Part shown: piece after piece, positions 10,377-20,445 of the stretch
How the letters are laid out: every line of letters begins with the position of its first letter
Numbering within the stretch: position 1 is the first letter of the stretch
From: Candidatus Poribacteria bacterium
GTDB taxonomy: Bacteria > Poribacteria > WGA-4E > WGA-3G
Direction of reading: 5' to 3'
NCBI GenBank assembly: GCA_964291315.2
Contig: OZ219753.1
Location: 864,001 to 928,000 of the forward strand
DNA: 64,000 bases
The notes under the pieces: generated by a model
What the model saw: only the letters and a program-made list of their open reading frames with translations
Told to the model about the DNA's origin: nothing
The model's database searches: none
Program-made: the position numbers and the translations under genes

Positions 10377-10465
10377 TATTCATTTTTGCGGTTTGCACGC
10401 TTCAGGTTCGGTAGGTGTGCTTTGTCAATGAATCGCTTGTCTTTTGGAGAATCTTGATAAAAAGT

Positions 10466-11128
10466 TTAGTTAGAAGAACCGGTCATAGGTACGAAGCTGA
10501 CTCCTATAACCTTTGTAGTTTCCAGCAATGGTTCGGAGTCCGCTTTAGTGTGTGCTTTTTTCTGAATTAAAAGGAGGTCTTGTTGGTCGTCACCGATTGG
10601 AATAACCATTCTTCCATCGTTCTTGAGTTGCTGGACCAAGGGCTTTGGAACGGTTGTGGGTGCGGCTGCTACAAGCACAGCATCATAGGGAGCATGTTCT
10701 TGCCAGCCGTAATGGCCGTTGCCTTCTTTAAAATAAATATTCCGATAGTTAAGGTGCGTTAATCGGGTTTTGGCAATTTTGGCAAGGTGCGGTAAAATCT
10801 CGACTGAATAAACCTTATTCGCTAGTTCTGCTAAGATAGCTGTTTGGTAGCCACATCCTGTTCCGATCTCTAGTACTTTTGAAGCGGGTGTCAGTTTCAA
10901 CAAATCCGTCATTAATGCAACGATATATGGCTGGGACACTGTTTGTTGAGAGTTGATTGGAATTGGGCTGTCTTGGTATGCTATATTCAGATATTCTGGT
11001 TCTACAAAAAGGTGCCGCTCTATTTTTTTCATGACAGCAAGTATTTGCGGGGTGTGGATGCCGCGCGCTTTGATTTGCTTCTCGACCATCTTCTTGCGTA
11101 GGTTCTCATAGTTTTGGGATAATAGCAT
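10466..11128 (-). CDS. pcm: protein-L-isoaspartate O-methyltransferase
   Basis: RHLFV, QTVSQPYIVALM, VLEIGTGCGYQTAILA, APYDA. Confidence 0.95.
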   Translation of the reverse strand: MLLSQNYENLRKKMVEKQIKARGIHTPQILAVMKKIERHLFVEPEYLNIAYQDSPIPINSQQTVSQPYIVALMTDLLKLTPASKVLEIGTGCGYQTAILAELANKVYSVEILPHLAKIAKTRLTHLNYRNIYFKEGNGHYGWQEHAPYDAVLVAAAPTTVPKPLVQQLKNDGRMVIPIGDDQQDLLLIQKKAHTKADSEPLLETTKVIGVSFVPMTGSSN

Positions 11129-11214
11129 TTTAATGGTGGCTCCGAGGCGCTGTTTTTCGTTTTTTCGTCATTTGAAAGGTTCTGTCAGAGATTCATGAAA
11201 CGATCCGTTGCCAT

Positions 11215-13647
11215 TTATTGACCGATCGCTATGTGGTACGGCATCAGGAGAAAAGTTCGCTGTTGCTTAAGGATATTTATGAGTTTCAGTGTGTCCGTGA
11301 AACCTCCGTACTGTGTTGTGGCTGGCAGGTTCACGGTTGGGTTCTGCGGATTGGTCTGGTTGGATGCAGCTTTATAGAGTGGGTGAAGGCCTCTGAGAAG
11401 TTGTGACATCCATGTCTGCTTAGGGAGATAGACTATGTCAGCTGTTTTTCCTTTTAGGTCGGCATATTCTTGTGCAATCGCGAGGGCGAGATTCAGTCCA
11501 CCGAGTTCATCTACCAAGCCGTTTTCTTTTGCCTGTCTGCCTGACCAGATGCGTCCTTGTCCAAGTTTATCGACCTCATTTATTGTTAATTGGTTTCGTC
11601 CGAGGGCGACTTTTGCAATGAATTCATCATAGATTTCCTTAATTTGTTTGTGTATAATTGCTTGTTCGGAGGGCGGGTAGTCGCTGTAGTCTGTATAAAA
11701 ATCGGCGTGTTCTCCGCGTTTAAGGATTTCCTTTCGGACTCCAAGTTTTTCATAGAGGCCTTTCAAGCTATACTTCCCGCCAATTACCCCGATGGAACCA
11801 GTGATTGTCCCGGGTTCGGCAACGATAATGCTTGCGGGTGCGGCGATGTAGTAGCCGCCTGATGCTGCCACGTCGCCCATTGAGACTATCAAGGGTTTCA
11901 CCTTGGTAAGTTTGACCAATGCCCGCCATATAGTGTCAGCGGCGACAACAAGTCCTCCGCTACTGTCGATTCGTAAGACAACGGCTTTAATAGTATGGTC
12001 ATATTTTGCTGTCTCGATTGCGTCCACAATCGTGTCCGCGCCCATTACTTGTGTGCCCGTAAACGGGTCGATGAAGCTGTTTCCTGTTACCATTAATCCT
12101 TTGGCTTCGATGACTGCAATCTTCGGTCGCGGGACCTGCCAGTTCTGTGTATACAATCTATTTCCTGCGTATTCATCGAGGGTTAACAGGTCTGTTGGTT
12201 TATCGGTGAGTTGGGTGACAACTTCTTTCAGCTGGTCTTCATAGACAAGTCGATCGACGAGTTCTGCGCGGAGGGCCTGGCGTGCTGTATAGGGTCCCTC
12301 GTCGATGCGTTTTTTGACTGTCTCGGGGGTCCACCCTCGTCCGGCCGCGATGGCGTTTACGAGTTGTTGATAGAGGTCGTCCAAGATGATGTTCTGGACT
12401 TCGCGTTGTGCCTCGGACATTTCCTTTTTTGTGAGTGATTCAGATGCCGATTTATATTTGCCGATGTGTTCGATATCGGCTCTAATGCCGAGTAGGTCTA
12501 AGCTGCCTTTGTAGAAGGAGCGTTCTGTCCGCAATCCGATCAATCGGACTTCGGCGAAGGGGTGTATTAGGATGCCATCACAGGCGGATGCGACAATATA
12601 GTCTCCGGTGGAGCAGTTGGTCAGGTAGCAGAGAACAAGACGGTCAGATTCCTTGAATTTCTGTAGGGCGTCGGCCATTTCTTGAAGTTCCGCCATGCCG
12701 TATTGGCTGCCGTTGATACGGACAAGGATACCGGCAACATCTTCATCCGCTCTCACAATTGACGAAACGTGTTTGAGGGAATCCATCTGGAGATCAATGA
12801 ACATACGCCGGCGCCGCAACCGCTTGGTTGTCTGGGTATTAGAAAAATGAAAGTAACCGACACTGGTTTGTGTTTCCCTGTTTTTGCCGAAGCTGTTTTG
12901 TGTGCCGAATCCCCAATTTCCGATGTTAATGCCAAACCTGATGTCGAAACTCATATCGCTATTTAAAGTGCTTTGAAGCATCACTTCGCGAATTGGACGT
13001 ATTTCTAAAGCGTACCGGAGATCGATGCCTTCTATCCCTTGTGTTTTTTGCATATCGATAGAGAGCGTTGTTCGCCATGTTCTGGGTCGAATGGCTAAAC
13101 CTACATCGTAAGTGCGCCCGAGCTTTTCACCGGGCAACTTGGGTTGATTCAGGTCGCGAGCCATTGCCCCGATTGAAAAGTAGCGTTGGCGGTACATCAG
13201 TCCAAGGGAGAGGGATCGGAAATCGTTATAGGTTTTATTGTCTGAATTTATCCAACTGTAGCCGGTACCTAAGTAGAGCGAATTTCCGAGGTGCCGTCCA
13301 CCGGAGAGTGTATAGCGCGTAAAGGTTGTATCTGTGTCAGCGGTAGCGAATTCGATACCAAAACCCGCATTTGGTACAGCAAGAAAGAAAGCATCGTCCC
13401 CTGACCAATTGCTCTGATATGTTCGGAGATAATATAGGTTTAAGCCCCGCCCGGTAGCGAGTCCAGATGGATTAAAAAAGGTGGCTAAAGCATCATCGCT
13501 GACAGCGATAGAGCTAACGGGTAGATGTGTGCGTGCCTTAGGGGACGCGGCAGCCGACATACTGATCCCGTAAATCAGGGCAACCGAGATGATAATTTTA
13601 CCAATAATATAGCGCAGGCAATTGTTATAGGTTGATATGACAATCAT
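11215..13647 (-). CDS. sppA: signal peptide peptidase SppA (67K type) with N-terminal beta-barrel-like extension
   Basis: GKYKSA, AVVLRIDSSGG, SMGDVAASGGYY, TITGSIGV, GRIWSGRQA; N-terminal ~270 aa contain DDALATFFNPSGL and amphipathic strands. Confidence 0.9.
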   Translation of the reverse strand: MIVISTYNNCLRYIIGKIIISVALIYGISMSAAASPKARTHLPVSSIAVSDDALATFFNPSGLATGRGLNLYYLRTYQSNWSGDDAFFLAVPNAGFGIEFATADTDTTFTRYTLSGGRHLGNSLYLGTGYSWINSDNKTYNDFRSLSLGLMYRQRYFSIGAMARDLNQPKLPGEKLGRTYDVGLAIRPRTWRTTLSIDMQKTQGIEGIDLRYALEIRPIREVMLQSTLNSDMSFDIRFGINIGNWGFGTQNSFGKNRETQTSVGYFHFSNTQTTKRLRRRRMFIDLQMDSLKHVSSIVRADEDVAGILVRINGSQYGMAELQEMADALQKFKESDRLVLCYLTNCSTGDYIVASACDGILIHPFAEVRLIGLRTERSFYKGSLDLLGIRADIEHIGKYKSASESLTKKEMSEAQREVQNIILDDLYQQLVNAIAAGRGWTPETVKKRIDEGPYTARQALRAELVDRLVYEDQLKEVVTQLTDKPTDLLTLDEYAGNRLYTQNWQVPRPKIAVIEAKGLMVTGNSFIDPFTGTQVMGADTIVDAIETAKYDHTIKAVVLRIDSSGGLVVAADTIWRALVKLTKVKPLIVSMGDVAASGGYYIAAPASIIVAEPGTITGSIGVIGGKYSLKGLYEKLGVRKEILKRGEHADFYTDYSDYPPSEQAIIHKQIKEIYDEFIAKVALGRNQLTINEVDKLGQGRIWSGRQAKENGLVDELGGLNLALAIAQEYADLKGKTADIVYLPKQTWMSQLLRGLHPLYKAASNQTNPQNPTVNLPATTQYGGFTDTLKLINILKQQRTFLLMPYHIAIGQ

Positions 13648-14260
13648 AAGGTGTTTAAATATGAATTTATGAAATTTATCAATTGTAGGCGATGCGCGGT
13701 TTTATATGATCAGATAGATCGCCCTCTTCGCAAAACAGCGAGAATTGAATATCTACATACTATAGCAGGCATTGTATCTATCCCGCGATTTCTGCAGTAC
13801 CGTGTTAAAAAATCAGTTAACTTTATACTATCATAGTCAACGTAATTTGTCAAGACAATCTGAAGATGTTTTTGACAACATTCGTGCTTGTGTATAATTC
13901 CAACAATCTGTTTAGTTCTCATTGCACAATCCAGCAGTTATGCTGCACAGGGCATCGTTCCGATTGCACAACCCAAGTCATCTGCGTTAATCCTCACAGT
14001 AGTAAGTAACTGCCAGCTGCCTTGGTTAGAGACTGAAAAGTGTTAGCATTTACGGTTCAGAGGGTGTATAATGTCTGTTAATGTGAGTTTGAAAAAGATT
14101 TAGAGGTCCAAAAAGCATCGGTAACTCTGCCCGGTGAAAAAAAAAGAAAAGGTTCCTCTTTATTTTTTCTTTATCAAGCCTGTGTTAAGTTAATATCTGT
14201 GAAACGTAGTGCACGAAATAGCAGAGACGAGATCGCCTTGGATAAAAGGATTGAACACCG

Positions 14261-15289
14261 ATGAAACACTGCCTTCTCACTTTTTCGTTATTACTTTTCG
14301 TTCTTTTTGGTACAGTGGCTGCTGACTATGCCGATGATTCGATCAGAACGTTGCTCCCTTTTGATGCTATTCCGGCTATTACGGATCCACAATTTGTGTC
14401 TGCTAACGAGGCGGAGCTTGATGCGGCTGCCCCTGTTATTGGGGTCAGTTTCAATGGCGAAAACCGTGTCTACTCGCTCTATCTGCTCAATGGGCACGAA
14501 ATCGTCAACGATGTTGTTGGTGGGCGCAAAATTGCGGTTACTTGGTGACCCCTCTGCAAAACGGCTATCGTGTATAGCCGGGAGCTTAAGGGTAAAACCT
14601 ATATCTTCGGTGTCAGTGGTAAATTATGGCGGGATGCGCTCTTGATGTACGACCATCAGACGCGCACCCTTTGGTCACATATAACAGGAGAGGCAGTAAA
14701 GGGTCCTTTAAAAGAGGAGCGCCTAAGACCTTTGGTTTCTACCCCACAGATTGCGTGGCAAACCTGGCGGCTGAATTATCCTGAAACCAGGGTGCTATCT
14801 GTTTCTACGAGAGGTGAGATGCGTGAGAGTCTAGGCCAAGATATCTACGCAGACTATCACGCTAGCGATCGTGCGGGTGTCATCGGAATGAAGTACACCG
14901 ATGATAGGTTACCGAACAAATCCGTTGTGATAGGTGTTCGGGTGTCAGCGAAAGATGGTACGCCGCGTTTCCGTGCTTACCCATTAACGCGCTTCGCTAA
15001 AAATGCGGTGATTAACGATACACTTGGCGGGATTCCGCTGCTTATTTTTCACGACAAGAGCTCGTTCGCGACGGCAGTCTTCACGCGGCATGTGGCGGGC
15101 GAGACCCGAACCTTTAGCACACAAGACCGGCAATTTGTAGAGGACAACACCGGCATTCGGTGGAATCTCATTACAGGTGCGGCGGCATCTGGAAGAGAAA
15201 AAAGAACGAAGTTGGAGCGTTTGCCTGCTGTTAACATTTATTGGTTCGCTTGGGCACGCTACCATCCTGAAACTTCTATCTATCGTTAG
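14261..15289 (+). CDS. DUF3179 family selenoprotein (UGA at 14546-14548 read as Sec; TW-U-PLC)
   Basis: Two in-frame ORFs joined by one TGA at the position of the family's CPLC motif; DAIPAI, HEIVND, FGVSGKL, MYDHQTRTLWS, YWFAW; SECIS-like hairpin follows. Confidence 0.85.
14552..14584 (+). promoter_or_regulatory. bacterial SECIS element
   Basis: CGGCTAT-CGTGT-ATAGCCG hairpin; apical loop containing GU begins about 20 nt after the UGA. Confidence 0.7.
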
Positions 15290-15317
15290 TTCGGACTCAC
15301 CGGGGCGTATGCGGCAA

Positions 15318-16079
15318 TCAGTTGTCTAGTTCGACAATTTCGCCTGTCATATTGCGATGCATTGTCGGGCGTATAACTAATTCTGGAATGTTGCTGCGCT
15401 GCGGCAGAGCTGCGATGAGTAGGATAGCGGCTGAGGTTTCGTCAACGTCTACCATTGTTGCGCGAGCATCGGCATCTGGTGGGATTGGGCGTTTGTCCAG
15501 AATGGGTGTTGCTACCTCGCCTGGTACTACGACACTCGCGCGGATGCCGGTATTCCGTAAGTCGGCATTGAGAAATTCAGTGAAGTTGATAATGGCTGCT
15601 TTCGCGGCGCCGTAAGCAAAACCGCTAAAGGGTCCTGGGGTGACCGCCGCAAGCGATGAGATATTAATGATAGTGCCTGATTTTGCTTTCAGCATTGCTG
15701 GTACAACTGCTTTTGTGCAGAAAAATGTACCAATCAGGTTTGAATTAATAACCGATCGTATTTCTTCAGGGGTTGTGTTCAGAATTCGCCGGTGATGTGA
15801 GCTGTGTCCGGCGTTGTTCACAAGCACATCGATTTGTCCGAAGGTGTTGAGCACATCGGTAACCATTTGTTCGACGGCGTCATAGTCAGCCACGTTGAGG
15901 ACGTAACTCACTGCTGTTCCCCCGGCTGCCGCAATTTTGGAAGTGACAGTCTCTAATTTTGATTCGGTTCTACCTACGATAACAACGGTTGCTCCTTCTT
16001 CTGTCATCGTCAAGGCGGCGCCGCGGCCAATGCCGCTTCCGCCGCCTGTAATAATACATACTTTGTTCTTTAAACGCAT
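15318..16079 (-). CDS. SDR family oxidoreductase
   Basis: TGGGSGIG, DVLVNNAG, NISS, YGAAK. Confidence 0.92.
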   Translation of the reverse strand: MRLKNKVCIITGGGSGIGRGAALTMTEEGATVVIVGRTESKLETVTSKIAAAGGTAVSYVLNVADYDAVEQMVTDVLNTFGQIDVLVNNAGHSSHHRRILNTTPEEIRSVINSNLIGTFFCTKAVVPAMLKAKSGTIINISSLAAVTPGPFSGFAYGAAKAAIINFTEFLNADLRNTGIRASVVVPGEVATPILDKRPIPPDADARATMVDVDETSAAILLIAALPQRSNIPELVIRPTMHRNMTGEIVELDN

Positions 16080-16260
16080 TCTGCTCCTCCGTTGGCGATT
16101 AGATAAACATTGATTCCACTCCGTGGTTTCTATGCTTGTTATGTATAGAGGTTAGCAGGATTAGATAAAGTTTTCAACGTTATTATTTGATTAGCGTAAG
16201 GGCATATTTAGGCAGGAATTGGGAAGGGTTAATTGTCTGCTCTAGAGTCTTTTTGTATAA

Positions 16261-16294
16261 GAGAGGACACCTTCGACGTTGGAGGGTGCCTCTC
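16261..16294 (-). terminator. hairpin, possible terminator downstream of 16401..17762
   Basis: GAGAGGACACCTTC...GAGGGTGCCTCTC. Confidence 0.4.
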
Positions 16295-16400
16295 TATAAC
16301 GTTGCGCGTGTTATATTCTATGTCCGCAGACAGTTTTCAAACTGCTGATGACGATGTGCATTCGCCCCAAGGGGTAACACGCGATTTAGTTGTAGTCGGT

Positions 16401-17762
16401 CTATCTTTCGTTTGCTTTCTCTTGTGGGAGGTGGGGTTCCAGTTGTTTTGCGATGTCTGGATCAACCTCCTTGACTCTACGGAGCCCTTCCTCAGGACCA
16501 TACTGATTTATGATAGCGACAGCGCGGTTCACACGTACTGGAGAGAAACGGGTGCGAAGATCCTCTACAAAGCTGCCTTCTGATGTGTTGGGTATCTGGC
16601 CTTGTTGCGGTAGGCGTGAGCTTCTAATTTCTGAGGGGCTGGAGGTAAATAGTTTTCCTAGTGCTTCTTCAATTTCTGCGTCACTCATTTCTAGGAACCG
16701 ATCTATCGGTATGCCGATGGCTGTCTCTAAGAACTTAGAAAGTTCTTCTGTTGGCATCTCGCGTGTGTCCGTATTTTCCAAGGTGTCCTGCAGCGCAAAC
16801 GCCTTATCTATGGTATGCTGCAATTCTGTCGGATCTGTGGGGCTGTTTGCTGCCGTATCAGGATCAGCTGCAGAAGGGGCGGTAGCTGTCTCCTGCTGCG
16901 TTTCGCTTGTTGTGATGCCGCCTTCCGTAGTGGGATATACCTCTTCGAAATCAAAAGAGATTCGTAATCCTTCAATGTCCGGGGTTTGAGGAAGTGGCTC
17001 CCAAGGCGGGGTATTTTCTACTGCCTTGCTATACGCTTCTAATGCTTGTTCATTCGCTGGACTGTTGGACATCGCCGATAGCCCTGTAACGAACCTTTCG
17101 ATGGTTCCGTCGGCGTGATGGATTCTCCGCCCTTCAACGGTCAGCATATTGGGGTAGAGTTTTATATATTCGCCTGTTTTTAAGTTTTTCTCTACACCGA
17201 CGATTTCTGGGTCGGTCTTTAAGTATTCTGCGAAAACGTTGTTCAGCTCCGCAGTTTCTTCCTCGGTTCGTAGAAGCGAGCGCTTCCGCAGAGAGAGAAT
17301 CGCGCGGAGCCCCTCTTTAGTGCCCTCTGGCAGGTCTGATGCCTCCAATTCTTCCATGGCTTGCTGAATGCTATCAAGTTCTTCCTGTTTTTCCGAATCC
17401 GCATCCGCGTCTAAGGTTCCGTGTGTATGTCCATGGAGGTGTCCACCCCGGCGGTCATATTCCTGGGCACTCAGAATCAGGTCTGGATTGTGAGCGACTA
17501 ATTGCCGGAGGTGTTTTGTCAGTAGGTCCATCTCTTCCTGAGGGAATCTCCCCTCTTCGACAGAGATTTTTTCTAAAGTCGAAGCGCTCTGAAAATAGGT
17601 CTCTTTTTGTTCAGGGGTGAGTTTTCCTGAGAGAGAATAGATTTTGTCAAAATGTGTGCGGGCTTCTGCGCTTATTTGCTGGCGCGGTTTGAGGAGAAAA
17701 AAAACGCTGACGATGAGGGTGATGCCCAAGAACCCGCCTATGATAAGATTTTTTCGTGACAT
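16401..17762 (-). CDS. hypothetical membrane-anchored/secreted acidic protein
   Basis: 453-aa ORF with AAGGA RBS, N-terminal hydrophobic anchor, HLHGHTH patch and C-terminal helical motif FSPVRVNRAVAIINQYGPEEGLRR. Confidence 0.75.
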   Translation of the reverse strand: MSRKNLIIGGFLGITLIVSVFFLLKPRQQISAEARTHFDKIYSLSGKLTPEQKETYFQSASTLEKISVEEGRFPQEEMDLLTKHLRQLVAHNPDLILSAQEYDRRGGHLHGHTHGTLDADADSEKQEELDSIQQAMEELEASDLPEGTKEGLRAILSLRKRSLLRTEEETAELNNVFAEYLKTDPEIVGVEKNLKTGEYIKLYPNMLTVEGRRIHHADGTIERFVTGLSAMSNSPANEQALEAYSKAVENTPPWEPLPQTPDIEGLRISFDFEEVYPTTEGGITTSETQQETATAPSAADPDTAANSPTDPTELQHTIDKAFALQDTLENTDTREMPTEELSKFLETAIGIPIDRFLEMSDAEIEEALGKLFTSSPSEIRSSRLPQQGQIPNTSEGSFVEDLRTRFSPVRVNRAVAIINQYGPEEGLRRVKEVDPDIAKQLEPHLPQEKANER

Positions 17763-17858
17763 GGCTTCAATCCTTTTTAGTTAAGAGCCCTTTCTACCTT
17801 CGTAAGGATAGAAAGGAGTTTTCATAATTGACGTTTTGCCTCTTAAGAATTGTTTATA

Positions 17859-17874
17859 AGCAAGTCTTGTGCCA
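17859..17874 (-). promoter_or_regulatory. sigma54 -24/-12 promoter
   Basis: TGGCAC-AAGAC-TTGCT on the minus strand, about 100 bp upstream of 17762. Confidence 0.8.
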
Positions 17875-17921
17875 ATTTAAAGTATCTATACTGTTAGAGA
17901 GATTTAGGTATGCTTCGGCGT

Positions 17922-17976
17922 TTATAAAATATGGTAATTTTCCATATTTTGGAAAATTATCCTCCAAAATATGGAA
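17922..17976. promoter_or_regulatory. tandem palindromic upstream activator sites (putative bEBP binding)
   Basis: TTCCATATTTTGGAA (17940), CTCCAAAATATGGAA (17962) and a weaker TTATAAAATATGGTA (17922). Confidence 0.6.
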
Positions 17977-18185
17977 TATATTCTACGTCAAGCTACTATT
18001 AGAAACATCAGAGACTAAACATTTCGCTTGTCACGTTTTGCGTAATGTGTTAGCATTTTGAAATATACGCAGTTTCTCCTCGCTGTATCTATGAAGTACT
18101 AAATAGCAGCGAACGTGCTTGAAAAGTTCATGACTCTATTTCAGTAAGATCAGCACTCCAAAAAGTGAAAGGGGAGGTAGAAGTG

Positions 18186-19292
18186 ATGAAAAGCAGCAAA
18201 AGGTCTCATGATAGGAAAAGAGCTAGAACGGAAGAGGATCGGAGTCGGTACAGATTGCATGGAAATTATACCGGTATCTTTGGCACAAGTCCAGAGCTTG
18301 TTGCGGCCCTCGAAAAGGTGCAGACTGTTGCGGACACAAACGCCCCCGTGCTGATTCAAGGGGAAACCGGAACAGGCAAAGAGCTGATCGCGCATGCCTT
18401 ACATCAAAGTAGTAGTCGTTCGCCGGAGGAGATGGTGGTTGTCAATTGTGCAGCAATACCGGACACCCTATTCGAAAGCGAGCTGTTTGGACATGAAAAA
18501 GGAGCATTTACGGGTGCTACGGCGCGACGCATAGGTAAGTTTGAAAGGGCACACAAGAGCACGATTTTCCTTGATGAAATCGGTGAAATGCCCTTGTGCC
18601 TCCAACCGAAGTTGCTACGGACACTTCAAGAACGGAAAATTGAGTGTGTCGGCGGCACGAGGTCAATCCCGGTGGATTTTCGGGTTGTTGCAGCGACCAA
18701 CCGCGATCTTCAGCAGTGTGTTAAAAATGGCAGCTTGCGCGAGGATCTCTATTATCGATTGAATGTAGTTTCTCTGTCGTTGCCTGCGTTGAGAGAACGG
18801 CGGGGAGACATTCACTTGTTGGCAGAACACTTTGTGTGCAAACACTGGCAACCCCAAGGGGCCTCTGGCCCCAAAATAGCATCCGCTACCCTAGAATGTC
18901 TCCAAAGTTACCCCTGGCCGGGCAATATACGCCAATTAGAAAATGTCATCTTCCGCGCCTGCCTTTTCGTCAAAAATGGCGTTATCTTACCGCAGGACCT
19001 GCCGCAAGAAATTCAGGATTCGAAGGGACAAAGATCGTCTTTAGTGTTGGAAAGGGGCAGATCGTGTACGCCAGACACGGTGGAACTGCCGATCGGGTTA
19101 ACGCTAAAGGAAGTAGAAAGAATGTGGATCTTGAAAACTCTGGCGCAGTTCGATGGGAATAGGGCAAAAACAGCAAAAATACTAGGAATGAGTTTAAGTT
19201 CTTTGTATAACAAATTAAATGGCTATAAAGCGAAGCGAGAGCGAGAGGCAAAGGGTATCTCCGATTCTGCAGATACGTTGTCGTTGCCTTAG
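18186..19292 (+). CDS. sigma54-dependent Fis-family transcriptional activator without sensory domain
   Basis: GETGTGKE, ESELFGHEKGAFTGA, FLDEIG, LYYRLNV, WPGNIRQLEN and C-terminal HTH; only ~30 aa precede the AAA+ domain; GGAGG RBS. Confidence 0.92.
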   Translation: MKSSKRSHDRKRARTEEDRSRYRLHGNYTGIFGTSPELVAALEKVQTVADTNAPVLIQGETGTGKELIAHALHQSSSRSPEEMVVVNCAAIPDTLFESELFGHEKGAFTGATARRIGKFERAHKSTIFLDEIGEMPLCLQPKLLRTLQERKIECVGGTRSIPVDFRVVAATNRDLQQCVKNGSLREDLYYRLNVVSLSLPALRERRGDIHLLAEHFVCKHWQPQGASGPKIASATLECLQSYPWPGNIRQLENVIFRACLFVKNGVILPQDLPQEIQDSKGQRSSLVLERGRSCTPDTVELPIGLTLKEVERMWILKTLAQFDGNRAKTAKILGMSLSSLYNKLNGYKAKREREAKGISDSADTLSLP

Positions 19293-19344
19293 TAGTATAC
19301 TCCGGGGGACTAATCCTTAACTCTTTTCGCGACCTCAAAATGCC

Positions 19345-19372
19345 TTGACAAAAATCTGTAAGTCTCTATAAT
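19345..19372 (+). promoter_or_regulatory. sigma70 promoter
   Basis: TTGACA-16bp-TATAAT. Confidence 0.65.
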
Positions 19373-19658
19373 AAAACTGACACTATCTTAATAAGACAGA
19401 TGCCATTTTTAACGCAAGATGCTTCAGAACCTGCGGCGTTTTGTAGTGAAAGCTGAATAAAGATTCAGAATTTGACTGATAATGTAAAGATGAATTTTCT
19501 GAATCACGGATGAGGCGGAAAACGGGTTTGTTAATTGGAGGTGTCTTTTCGTAGAAGGTCCGAAATATTTTTTCAAACTTCAGACAGATTGGGCATCAGC
19601 GGAGGCTTAAAGTTATAATAATTACATAACTTAATTGGTCTCCAAGGAGGATAGCATA

Positions 19659-20324
19659 GTGTCTTTAAAGCAGCGTATTCATAGTAAAGCAGCGATTAAC
19701 ATCGCCTCTGGCATCCCGTTTGGTTGCACGCGAGATGACATGGAAGCTGTTCTCGGTCAAAGCAACTACGATTTAGTCAGTGTTGACCATCAACACGGGC
19801 CCGCAAATGAAGACAAACTGGTCGAATATTGCGCAATGGCGAGCGAATTCGATGTGGGTGTGCAGCTTCGCATCAAACATACTCGCCACGCGTATCTCAT
19901 AGGTAATCTCTTGGATCTGGGTCCTCTGGCGATTGTCGTGCCGCAAGTGGAGACTGTGGAGACAGTGAACGAGGCAATTGATGCTTTCTACTATCCTCAG
20001 ATGGGGAGACGGAGTTGGGGTCCTAGCAGTAGCTACGGCATAAAACAGGGCTTGGGCCGTCTTGGCTACGCTGAGTGGTGGAACAGCACCGGTATTCTTA
20101 TTTTGCAAATCGAATCAGTTAATGCTGTGATTAACGTCAGCAGATTTGCCAAACCCGGTGTAGATATGGTAACCTTCGGCGAAAATGACCTTAACTTTAG
20201 CATAGAGTCCTATCCGCATTCGCCCTTCAAAAACTTGCAAGAGTGCATTGCACATGTGCAAACCCAGTTAGCTGATACACACGTCAAAGTAGGAGCGGGA
20301 CATACGCCCTCAGGCTTATTGTAA
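19659..20324 (+). CDS. HpcH/HpaI aldolase/citrate lyase family protein
   Basis: VDHQHG, LDLG...VPQVET, YPQMGRRSWG, LQIES, FGENDL; GTG start follows AAGGAGG. Confidence 0.8.
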   Translation: MSLKQRIHSKAAINIASGIPFGCTRDDMEAVLGQSNYDLVSVDHQHGPANEDKLVEYCAMASEFDVGVQLRIKHTRHAYLIGNLLDLGPLAIVVPQVETVETVNEAIDAFYYPQMGRRSWGPSSSYGIKQGLGRLGYAEWWNSTGILILQIESVNAVINVSRFAKPGVDMVTFGENDLNFSIESYPHSPFKNLQECIAHVQTQLADTHVKVGAGHTPSGLL

Positions 20325-20445
20325 AGTACTCCGTTGATTGCTGTGAGGTTCTGGCATTGAAAAGTAGTAGGTTCCATAGTGGGAGATATACACATCAACG
20401 CTCGCGGTTAGGAAAACAGTATCAACGTTATCAAGGAGCATCAGA

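Noticed and set aside
13650-14260. Small ORFs or ncRNA in the sppA-DUF3179 spacer, including a twice-repeated ATTGCACAA
   Set aside because: No convincing RBS, motif or stable fold; consistent with a divergent promoter region
14261-15289. Two separate genes or a pseudogene
   Set aside because: A single in-frame TGA at the conserved Cys position plus a SECIS-like hairpin favours Sec recoding
19375-19650. Riboswitch in the long leader of the HpcH-like gene
   Set aside because: Only short AT-rich inverted repeats; no recognisable aptamer consensus
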